Assembly (NCBI GenBank): GCA_031415295.1
Contig: JANORL010001305.1
Location: forward strand, 1 to 12,731
Reading direction: 5' to 3'
From: Polyangiaceae bacterium
GTDB lineage: Bacteria; Myxococcota_A; Polyangia; Polyangiales; Polyangiaceae
DNA length: 12,731 bases
In this document: piece after piece, positions 1-6,356 of the stretch
How positions within the stretch are numbered: position 1 is the stretch's first letter
Layout of the letters: every line of letters starts with the position of its first letter
Made by a program: the position numbers and the translations under genes
The notes under the pieces: model-generated
Databases searched by the model: none
Seen by the model: only the letters and a program-made list of their open reading frames with translations
What the model was told of the DNA's origin: nothing

Positions 1-1020
1 CGCTTCATTCGTCGCCGAGTCTTCGCCGTACTCGAATTTGTATGACCGTACAAGCGACCCGCCCTTGCGCATCTCGATACGCGCGAGCCGCATGCGACGG
101 CTCACCTCTTCGCCCTCGTAAAACAGTTTTCCGTGGCGATCATCGGTATCGTATTCAAAATCGACGACGGCATTGCCCAATGTTTCGACCCCGTTCGTAT
201 CAATGAATCCGGCGTATATAATCGTATCAATGACGTGTTCGCGCGTCGTCGTGGTTTTCTCGCCACCATTCAGCGCGGCATACTTGTAGCGAATGGTGTT
301 CCCTCGCCGATCGACATCGAGTTCCTTGTTCCATTCTCGAGTGACTGTACCCCGCCAAACCACACGCGCGTTGATACTCTTGCCATAATGCACGATATTG
401 CCATTCGCCAAAAACGCAACAAAGTATATTGGAACGAATCCGTTCGGACCGGGCGCGCCGTAACCGTGGATCTTCGTAAATGAATCGGGCAACGTACGAT
501 ATTCAGCAAAAGTACCAACGGCGTCTTTGCCTGTGCCCGTTTCGACGAGGCAGGACCCGTCAATGCAAAAGCGGTCCCCAGAATCCAGCCGAACACCGCG
601 AACCTGGTTGTCTTGCGAAAGGTTGGAACCGCAACGATGAATCGACGACAGCCCGGAAATACCAAAACCTTTTCCAAGTGCACCACTGCCCGCATGGCTA
701 TCGTAAACGATTCCCAACGAAGGCGTTCGCCGTGATGGTGGAAGGGTCAACGAAATCGAATACTGCGACGAACCTGTTGGCGATATCGAAAATGCTCCAT
801 CGATAACACCCACGGTTTGCGCTTTGGCCGTTTCAAGTGGCGCCATTTCGGGATACGCGCCGCCTGCATGTTCAGGACAAACGACGGTCGGCGTAGGCAA
901 GTCTCCGTCGTCAACTTGTCCACCGCCAGTAGGCGCGGGCAGCGGACCCTCGTCGCTTCCACATGCGAGCGGCAACGCCAACAAACCGACAAGCAACACC
1001 AACGTCGAGCGACCGACCAT
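1..1020 (-). CDS. Secreted, lipoprotein-like SpvB/TcaC N-terminal domain protein (Tc-toxin/Rhs-type toxin family). N-terminal 340 codons only; the 3' end lies beyond the left window edge.
   Basis: Not in the supplied track because it is open to the window edge. From ATG at complement(1018..1020) there are 340 sense codons and no stop: I checked every plus-strand triplet 1-3, 4-6 ... for TTA/CTA/TCA and found none. GGAGG (complement of 1029..1033) lies 8 nt upstream of the ATG. Translation starts MVGRSTLVLLVGLLALPLACGSDEG (signal peptide ending in Cys). It continues ...GAFSISPTGSSQYSISLTLPPSRRTPSLGIVYDSHAGSGALGKGFGISGLSSIHRCGS...DRFCIDGSCLV, matching from memory the conserved core of the SpvB/TcaC N-terminal domain. 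Confidence 0.8.
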   Translation of the reverse strand, partial: MVGRSTLVLLVGLLALPLACGSDEGPLPAPTGGGQVDDGDLPTPTVVCPEHAGGAYPEMAPLETAKAQTVGVIDGAFSISPTGSSQYSISLTLPPSRRTPSLGIVYDSHAGSGALGKGFGISGLSSIHRCGSNLSQDNQVRGVRLDSGDRFCIDGSCLVETGTGKDAVGTFAEYRTLPDSFTKIHGYGAPGPNGFVPIYFVAFLANGNIVHYGKSINARVVWRGTVTREWNKELDVDRRGNTIRYKYAALNGGEKTTTTREHVIDTIIYAGFIDTNGVETLGNAVVDFEYDTDDRHGKLFYEGEEVSRRMRLARIEMRKGGSLVRSYKFEYGEDSATNEA

Positions 1021-1460
1021 GAGGAGAACCTCCGTGCCCTATGCTTCTTCATGACCGAATGGTTCCTCTAGCAAAATGGCGCTACGATAGGACGTAGTTT
1101 GTCTCATCTGCCAAGCGCTCACAATCATTATGGTTTTGTACGGTAATGTAGCCATAGGTTTTTTCTTGACTCGGCCGACAAGCGAAGTACAGCAACAGAG
1201 ACAAACCAAGGGAAACGAGGAAGCAACACTGCGAAGTCAACTTCTCGAAAGTTCCTTCATAGTCATACCTGCACGCGCCAAGAGTGCCTTGCCCACATCG
1301 AGTTTCATGGATCGGGACAATTCGGAAGCCGTTGCATTAGCCATGACCGGCGTGTACGACAATTGTGGTCACTCGATTAAGAAATCTGCCAACATTTGTG
1401 AACCAGACCGATGAAAACAACGTTCCAATCGCCGTGACAACGTAGCCGGTATGTCAAACG

Positions 1461-1523
1461 TGTCGTCCCGTCGTTCCGACAACGTTTCTGACCACCTCTG
1501 AACTGTCGTCCCGTCGTTCCGAC
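1461..1523 (+). repeat. Perfect 20-nt direct repeat TGTCGTCCCGTCGTTCCGAC (1461-1480 and 1504-1523, period 43), each copy able to form a hairpin
   Basis: Read directly from the sequence. Copy 1 plus flanks folds as AAACGTGTCG (1456-1465) / CGAC-A-ACGTTT (1477-1487). Lies in the divergent intergenic region between the SpvB-like gene and the 1723 ORF. Confidence 0.9.
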
Positions 1524-1722
1524 GGCTTGTCCGGTACGGTGAAAAGCGTTGTTCGGTTGTTCACCGGGACTTCGTCGTGACTCGCACGCGACGGGGCCGC
1601 ATGCGCATTGGATTGAAAGTCCCGCAGTAGTATTAAGTGCTTGCGTCCAGGCCGTCCAAATCGTGCTCCCCTCGCGCAGTCTTCTTGCGCCAGAAACCGC
1701 CTTCGTTGTATCGTCCAGTCCC

Positions 1723-2481
1723 ATGCGCCATATCTCTCTCCTCGCACTTTACGTAGGCCTCAACGATCTCCTTGAACGACGCGTTACAGCGCTCAGCAGT
1801 TTCGCCTCCGGTGCCGCAAGCGTCAAATTACTCACGAACAAGCGGACAACCCTCGCCAAATTGCCCGCCGTCGCCAATGGTCGACCCCTCGTCGATGACC
1901 TCGACGCCACAGACGCACGCTACGACGCCCTCGGCCACGCCTTGTACCATTTCACCGAAGCCTACACGCGCCATCCTGATACCCCACCGCCCGTACTCAT
2001 TGCCGCAAAAAAGATCCGCGCCGCATTTATTCCGACCCTCGAAAACCTCGGCGCAAGTTATGCCGCCGAAGCAAAAGCGGCCATGGATCGAAAATCTGAC
2101 CTCACCCATTTGCAATCAGAACTTGCTATGTTTCCCGTCGTCGGTGGCGGTACCCTGCAAGATTGGGCCGCAAAGTTTCTCAATGCAGGCACGGACCTCG
2201 ATGCATTGCTCAGCCAACGAGCGGATATCGAAAAACAAAGTCGCAAAGATGCTGGCCGCCTACGCGCCGAATTGATCGGTCTACTGAATCGTTTACGCAA
2301 AAACCTCGCTGCCGAAGTAGACGACGACGCAGCATTGCCCCAGGACCTCGATGCACGTGTCTTTGGGTATTTCGATTTGCTGGAAAAGCACGCCGCAGAA
2401 GCCGCCGCAAAAGGTCAACCCGAGGCGCCGCTGCCACCGCCCGAAGTTGCCCCCGTGGTGGCTGGCGGAGCCACGCCGTAG
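1723..2481 (+). CDS. Hypothetical protein (252 aa), Ala/Leu/Asp-rich, probably helical, with a Pro/Ala-rich C-terminal tail
   Basis: Part of track ORF 1549..2481. The first 58 codons (MFGCSPGLRRDSHATGPH...) look non-protein-like, so the start is placed at the next ATG (1723, MRHISLLALYVGLNDLLERR). GC-rich third codon positions and protein-like composition throughout. No clear Shine-Dalgarno and no family recognised. Confidence 0.55.
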   Translation: MRHISLLALYVGLNDLLERRVTALSSFASGAASVKLLTNKRTTLAKLPAVANGRPLVDDLDATDARYDALGHALYHFTEAYTRHPDTPPPVLIAAKKIRAAFIPTLENLGASYAAEAKAAMDRKSDLTHLQSELAMFPVVGGGTLQDWAAKFLNAGTDLDALLSQRADIEKQSRKDAGRLRAELIGLLNRLRKNLAAEVDDDAALPQDLDARVFGYFDLLEKHAAEAAAKGQPEAPLPPPEVAPVVAGGATP

Positions 2482-2592
2482 CATGCGTCGCCTACGAATG
2501 GCCCCGCCGATACGCGTCGTCCTACCCTTTGCGCGTACCCAGCGCTCCCGTCGACAATCTACAATAAGCATCGGCACCATACTTGTTGCCCC

Positions 2593-2676
2593 TCGGACCA
2601 GCTCCGAACAGCCGGTCGATGGGTGTTTCGGGTGGTTCGGACCAGCTACGAACAGCCGGTCGATGGGTGTTTCGGG
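2593..2676 (+). repeat. Two tandem 40-nt units (2593-2632, 2637-2676; 39/40 identical; period 44), each containing an imperfect hairpin
   Basis: Unit is TCGGACCAGCT[C/A]CGAACAGCCGGTCGATGGGTGTTTCGGG. Within each unit CCGAACA pairs with TGTTTCGG (one bulged T). Located between the stop at 2481 and the start at 2775. Confidence 0.9.
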
Positions 2677-2774
2677 GTGCATATCCGTCTCGACGCAAAC
2701 GCTGGCAGCTCGGGATTGTCCTTGGATTCAGTGGTTGTGCCAGCTTTCTTTTTTGCGATTGCGACGAATAGGTC

Positions 2775-3101
2775 ATGACCATACCGAAAAAAGGCAGCCG
2801 TCGAGTGCGCGTTGGCGAGTGTGAATACGCTTGGCGCATTCGGAAAAAGCCCACCTACACGCAAGCCGCGTTTCAAACGCCTATGAGCTTGGCGGTTCAG
2901 CGATGCGCGCCGGATGCCGGCGGTGTTCTTGTCGTGAACCTCGTCGTCAGCCGACCGGACAATTGGATTTCACCGCATCAAACGTCGGTAACTCCAGCGG
3001 TGGTCCGAGACATCGTTGCCCGCGCCATTGCCGCGGGTTGGGATGCTGCAAGTACGGAACCATTTGTTTTTGAATATGGCCTCATTCGCGATAGAGCCTG
3101 A
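2775..3101 (+). CDS. Small hypothetical protein (108 aa)
   Basis: Complete track ORF: MTIPKKGSRRVRVGECEYAWRIRKKPTYTQ...SVTPAVVRDIVARAIAAGWDAASTEPFVFEY. Protein-like composition. It resembles small conserved hypothetical proteins of GC-rich bacteria from memory, but I cannot name a family. Weak RBS. Confidence 0.6.
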   Translation: MTIPKKGSRRVRVGECEYAWRIRKKPTYTQAAFQTPMSLAVQRCAPDAGGVLVVNLVVSRPDNWISPHQTSVTPAVVRDIVARAIAAGWDAASTEPFVFEYGLIRDRA

Positions 3102-3250
3102 GGGTATGGCGAACCGATGACCCAATCTCGCAGAATTGCCTTTCCATGCGGCAGAATGTCCACGAGAAAGTCCGTCTTCGACCGGCCTCGCCACTCGCGC
3201 GAGGAGCAACGTCCTGCGTCGCTGGGGCGGTATTACTTCAGCGGCACCCT

Positions 3251-3336
3251 TCTTCGGATCCACCCTGCGGCGCTTTGAGGATCCACGGCGCCGTTCCTGG
3301 CTGCGCTACTCGCGGCGCTTTACGGATCCACCTCGC
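3251..3336 (+). repeat. Left arm of a modular inverted-repeat pair: CTTCGGATCCACCC module plus two GCGGCGCTTTnnGGATCCAC modules (3267-3286, 3312-3331, period 45)
   Basis: Read directly. 3312-3331 (GCGGCGCTTTACGGATCCAC) is the perfect reverse complement of 4526-4545. Confidence 0.9.
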
Positions 3337-3349
3337 CATCAGCGCTGGA

Positions 3350-3385
3350 GGTGGCATGCGCCCCGTTTGAGGGTGGCACGCGCCC
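3350..3385 (+). repeat. Short direct repeat GGTGGCA[T/C]GCGCCC (3350-3363 and 3372-3385, period 22)
   Basis: Read directly, 13/14 identical, immediately inside the left arm. Confidence 0.8.
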
Positions 3386-3641
3386 TGCATAGTTTTTAAG
3401 AGCAAATGGTGCGCGCGTAGCGCGCGGGGCAGGATCAGACCTCCTGATGTCGAGCAGCGGTTTGGTTTGCCCTTGATACCGCGCATCAAGCTGAAACACG
3501 AGGAAATCCGTCGGCGTACGTGTCAGTGACCCGAGGTGCGTTCGAGGAATTTGCGATGAGCCGCTCCGGGTTCGTTCCGCCGGCACGCCTCGGGTGAAAG
3601 ACGCCGTCCGATACCTCGAAATGCGGTTCGTCCGGTACGCC

Positions 3642-3674
3642 GGGGTGGGTTAAAACCCTGACCATTCGTCTCAT
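3642..3674 (+). repeat. Inverted-repeat member 1 (33 nt, GGGGTGGGTTAAAACCCTGACCATTCGTCTCAT)
   Basis: Its reverse complement matches 3937-3969 at 29/33 positions. Confidence 0.85.
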
Positions 3675-3936
3675 TTTTCTTCGGGATCTGCCCTTCAAAA
3701 TCGATGCGGCCCTCCTTTTCAATCCGGACGCAGTTGTCTCACAAGTCGAGGGCAAACGTTCACAGCAGGATCCGGCGCTTGACGCAAGTCTCACCCGGAG
3801 CCGCATCAGGGCCATATTGTCCCGAGGCTGCCGAGGTCAACGATCACGGGGATCAAAGCTGCCTACGTGGGGTTACTCGCTGCTGGACGAGCCAAACCAC
3901 TATCTCTGAAGTCCTTCAAAACAAGGTGAATTCGAG

Positions 3937-3979
3937 ATGAGATCAATGGTCAGGGTTAAAACCCACCCCTCTACATAAC
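3937..3979 (+). repeat. Inverted-repeat member 2, a hybrid: 3937-3969 pairs with member 1 and 3954-3979 pairs with member 3
   Basis: Sequence is ATGAGATCAATGGTCAGGGTTAAAACCCACCCCTCTACATAAC. The two complementary partners overlap on 3954-3969. Confidence 0.85.
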
Positions 3980-4119
3980 AAAATCCTCGCGCTGTCGCGC
4001 TCGGATTGGCGCTGTCGAATTTTCCGGTCAATTCGTGAATTGCCAGCGTAGTCACGATTGAGGCGAATTCTCGTCATAACATCGACGAGGCAGTGTTCTT
4101 GCAGTAGCAGGAATACTTC

Positions 4120-4145
4120 GTTATGTAGAGGGGTTGATTTTAATC
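4120..4145 (+). repeat. Inverted-repeat member 3 (26 nt, GTTATGTAGAGGGGTTGATTTTAATC)
   Basis: Its reverse complement matches 3954-3979 at 23/26 positions. The 15-nt core ACCCCTCTACATAAC (3965-3979 versus 4120-4134) matches perfectly. Confidence 0.85.
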
Positions 4146-4268
4146 CACCTCGTGGGCACGGAGGGACAAACGGTTCGGAGTCATGAGACCACTTCTTCAA
4201 TCCTGGGGCAGAGTTGCGAATTGGGTTCGCGTCAAATTCCGTGACATCCGGAGGTCTGAGGAGAAGCG

Positions 4269-4497
4269 GAAGTTGCCATGTGGCAACTTCGCAACCGAGG
4301 TGAACTCGGTTCCGTGCGGAATAACACGCCAACTTCAAAAGCACCCAAACGGCCGCACGGTTGCGTCTTCGACACCGAGGCGACATTGGGTTCGTCTTGA
4401 CTGTGAGGCAGCGTCGCCTCGGTGCCTCTGCCGCGAAGCATAGCGTCACCAATTGCGCAGCAATGTGCGAACAACGGATCGCATTGCCGCAGCAATT
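4269..4497 (+). other. Train of five strong stem-loops
   Basis: H1 4269-4290 (GAAGTTGCCA/TGGCAACTTC). H2 4293-4311 (AACCGAG, loop GTGAA, CTCGGTT). H3 4312-4319/4353-4360 (CCGTGCGG/CCGCACGG). H4 4373-4384/4413-4424 (perfect 12 bp, CACCGAGGCGAC/GTCGCCTCGGTG). H5 4451-4465/4482-4497 (15 bp with one mismatch and one bulge). Confidence 0.75.
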
Positions 4498-4520
4498 ACG
4501 CGTGCGAGCTGAGCGGCATG

Positions 4521-4650
4521 CGCTAGTGGATCCGTAAAGCGCCGCCAACGACCTTCGAAGCGCGCCACGGGTGGGATCCGAAATTTATTCGCAATTGGAT
4601 CCGATTTAGAGCGCCGCCAAATCGGTATTAACAAAATGGATCGAAGATGG
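4521..4650 (-). repeat. Right arm of the modular inverted-repeat pair (same modules as 3251-3336, opposite orientation, with one extra module)
   Basis: GTGGATCCGTAAAGCGCCGC at 4526-4545 is the perfect reverse complement of 3312-3331. GGGATCCGAAA starts at 4573. GGATCCGATTTAGAGCGCCGCC is at 4597-4618. TGGATCGAAG at 4637-4646 resembles the reverse complement of 3251-3261. Confidence 0.9.
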
Positions 4651-5040
4651 GAAGGTTTCGGCACGTCAGGTCCAGTCTCCACCCTACTCTACACTAACTA
4701 AATTCTGAGGGAACACTGTCTCACGTGATGTTGGACGAAGCCGTTTCGCGGCGGGGTTCCTGCACTTGCGATCCACGGCGTGAGGTGGTAGTTGTGTCTC
4801 GCTGGCTGCGGGAACGGGCGAGTGCTCAACACCGTTCTTTGGCGGGCTAGCAGCCGATGGAGTTTGGACGACCGCCACGTGGCAACAGTTCCCACGAGCG
4901 CTGACAGCGTTTCCAACCGGCGTCGGGAATACCGGCATGGAATTGTTGATCCCATCGCTGGCGGCTTGCTACGCGTGTATTTACCGGCCGCTAAATCAAA
5001 ACGAAATCCCCATATTCAACAGCAAACGTTGTGCCGCCTT

Positions 5041-5108
5041 AAATTACGGGTGAACGCCTCGCGCCCCGCCGCTCAAATCACGGGCAAACGCCTCGCACCC
5101 CGCCGCTT
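5041..5108 (+). repeat. Tandem duplication of a 34-nt unit (core 28-mers 5046-5073 and 5080-5107, 25/28 identical)
   Basis: ACGGGTGAACGCCTCGCGCCCCGCCGCT versus ACGGGCAAACGCCTCGCACCCCGCCGCT, each preceded by AAAT. Confidence 0.85.
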
Positions 5109-5251
5109 CGGGCTCGTCCAACCACGCGTTTCGTCGGCGGCTTGGCCGGACTGCGTGCGTCGCAACATGCGCCAACGAAACGCTCATAATTGGCACAGAG
5201 GGAACGCACTCGCGCTCTGATGGCATTTGAAGTCCACATTTCATCAGGGAG

Positions 5252-5307
5252 CCGCACGTGCGGGCGTGGGCCTTTATGGTGAACTTTACTAAAGTCCACC
5301 ATAAAGG
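5252..5307. promoter_or_regulatory. Candidate operator-like palindromes ~245-300 nt upstream of the vWA operon
   Basis: Perfect 12-bp palindrome CCGCACGTGCGG at 5252-5263. AT-rich 37-bp palindrome CCTTTATGGTGAACTTTA-C-TAAAGTCCACCATAAAGG at 5271-5307 with one mismatch. A regulatory function is inferred from position only. Confidence 0.3.
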
Positions 5308-5535
5308 CGTCGTAACCCGACTGCGCCAGCATCCACGGTGTACGGCAACATACGTGCCTTCCGAGTCGCCTACCGTATCGTTGCGGCGCGAAGTGATTCC
5401 GGTTGGTATTTATCAAACTTGCTGATAGTTCAACGTTTTGCGGATCCATGACGACGCGAGGCGAACGGAAGCACGACCTTTGCGAAAACGACTGTTGCCT
5501 TCAGCGCACGACATCGCGCCGCTCACCGGTCACTT

Positions 5536-5541
5536 AGGAGG
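5536..5541 (+). promoter_or_regulatory. Shine-Dalgarno AGGAGG for the first operon gene
   Basis: AGGAGG lies 8 nt upstream of ATG 5550. Confidence 0.85.
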
Positions 5542-5549
5542 ATAGGCCA

Positions 5550-6356
5550 ATGACACTGAAGCGATTCGACCCGTCGAAGTTCACCACCAACAAGCCCAAG
5601 CCTATGCCAGTGATTCTGCTTCTGGATGTGAGCGGGAGCATGGGCGAGGTCATGGGTGACTCGTACGAGCGGACGGGACAAACCGTCTTCGAGGATGGTC
5701 AGCAATGGGAGATTGTGAAGGGCGGCATCTCGCGAATCGATGTGCTCAATCAAGCGGTACAGGAGATGATCGCCTCTTTCGCGAAGGAAGAGCAACTCGA
5801 ACACGAGTTTCTGATCTCGGTGATCACGTTTGGCGGCTCCGTTCGTATGCATCTCCCCCCAATGAAGGCGTCTCGCATAGAATGGAAACCGCTTACGGCT
5901 GCAGGTGAGACACCCCTTGGCGAGGCGATAACGATGGTGAAAGGGATGATTGAGGACAAGGAATCGACGCCCTCGCGAGCTTATCGTCCGGTTCTCGTTC
6001 TCGTGTCGGACGGCAAGCCGACGGATGCCTGGGAGGCGCCGCTCGAGGGCCTGGTGGAAAGCGGCCGTTCCATGAAGTGCGACCGCATTGCCCTGGCGAT
6101 CGGAGCGGGCACGGACGAGGACATGCTTCGCAAGTTCATCGCAGACACGCCAAACCCGCTCTTTCATGCCTCCGATGCCAACCAAATACTCGACATATTC
6201 CGCCGCGTGACAATGTCCGTAACGACTCGAACCAGGTCCAAAGATCCGAACCAAGTTTCGTCACTTGCGAGCCTAGAATCCGCTCCGGCGCCGCAGAGGC
6301 CCGCCGAAGCAGCGCCATCAGGTCCTTCGACGATTCCCGATGACGGCTACTGGTGA
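5550..6356 (+). CDS. von Willebrand factor A (vWA) domain protein, TerY-like, with an intact MIDAS (268 aa)
   Basis: Strong SD. Motifs are PVILLLDVSGSMGE (DxSxS), AAGETPLGEA (MIDAS Thr), VLVLVSDGKPTD (MIDAS Asp) and IALAIGAGTDEDML. Pro/Ala/Ser-rich C-terminal tail ending in DDGYW. Confidence 0.9.
   Translation: MTLKRFDPSKFTTNKPKPMPVILLLDVSGSMGEVMGDSYERTGQTVFEDGQQWEIVKGGISRIDVLNQAVQEMIASFAKEEQLEHEFLISVITFGGSVRMHLPPMKASRIEWKPLTAAGETPLGEAITMVKGMIEDKESTPSRAYRPVLVLVSDGKPTDAWEAPLEGLVESGRSMKCDRIALAIGAGTDEDMLRKFIADTPNPLFHASDANQILDIFRRVTMSVTTRTRSKDPNQVSSLASLESAPAPQRPAEAAPSGPSTIPDDGYW

Larger units (their letters stand above)
3102..5549. other. ~2.4 kb ORF-poor, repeat- and hairpin-dense region (candidate structured RNA locus or decayed mobile/invertible element)
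   Basis: Every track ORF here is short or Arg/Cys/Pro-rich and non-protein-like. The longest is 3943..4548 on the minus strand, and it coincides with stem-loops. The region contains all the repeat families listed below. Confidence 0.6.

Noticed and set aside
133-1071. Track ORFs 133..483(+), 480..806(+), 270..695(-), 747..1052(-), 817..1071(+) and 824..1054(+)
   Set aside because: All overlap the uninterrupted 340-codon minus-strand frame, which has a strong RBS, a signal peptide and SpvB-domain motifs. These alternatives have implausible compositions.
1082-1240. 52-aa minus-strand small ORF (TTG start; MTSQCCFLVSLGLSLLLYFACRPSQEK...) just upstream of the SpvB-like gene, with a signal-peptide-like segment
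   Set aside because: It has a non-ATG start, a weak RBS, a non-canonical lipobox and atypically low GC for this genome. It is too short to support from sequence alone.
1549-1722. N-terminal 58 codons of track ORF 1549..2481
   Set aside because: The peptide looks non-protein-like and the segment partly overlaps the intergenic repeat region, so I preferred ATG 1723. The true start remains uncertain.
2482-3260. Rho-independent terminators after the stops at 2481 and 3101
   Set aside because: No GC-rich stem followed by a T-tract is visible. Only the tandem hairpin units and weak 5-6 bp stems are present.
3642-4145. CRISPR-like impression from the recurring GGTTAAAACCC...CTCTACATAAC words
   Set aside because: There are only three copies. 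They are in inverted, not direct, orientation, with irregular spacing (262 and 140 nt) and partial overlap. No cas genes are present. This is not a CRISPR array.
4215-4400. tRNA-like T-loop words (GGGTTCGCG at ~4224, GGGTTCGTC at ~4388)
   Set aside because: No acceptor, D or anticodon stems can be drawn around them, so there is no cloverleaf.
3943-4548. 201-aa minus-strand ORF, the longest in the non-coding block
   Set aside because: The translation is Arg/Cys/Pro-rich (…CRSARTRNCCGNAIRCSH…RRCLTVKTNPMSPRCRRRNRAA…) with no recognisable motif. It coincides with the stem-loop train, which keeps frames open by symmetry. There is no RBS.
5448-5537. 29-codon upstream ORF (MTTRGERKHDLCENDCCLQRTTSRRSPVT) whose TAG stop overlaps the operon SD (TAGGAGG)
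   Set aside because: It has no RBS of its own and its composition is unremarkable. A leader-peptide role is pure speculation without conservation data.
3102-5549. Retron msr/msd, group II intron or omega-RNA-type guide RNA
   Set aside because: There is no reverse transcriptase, IscB/TnpB or maturase ORF in the window, and I could not find a group II domain V consensus. I kept only the generic structured-RNA hypothesis.
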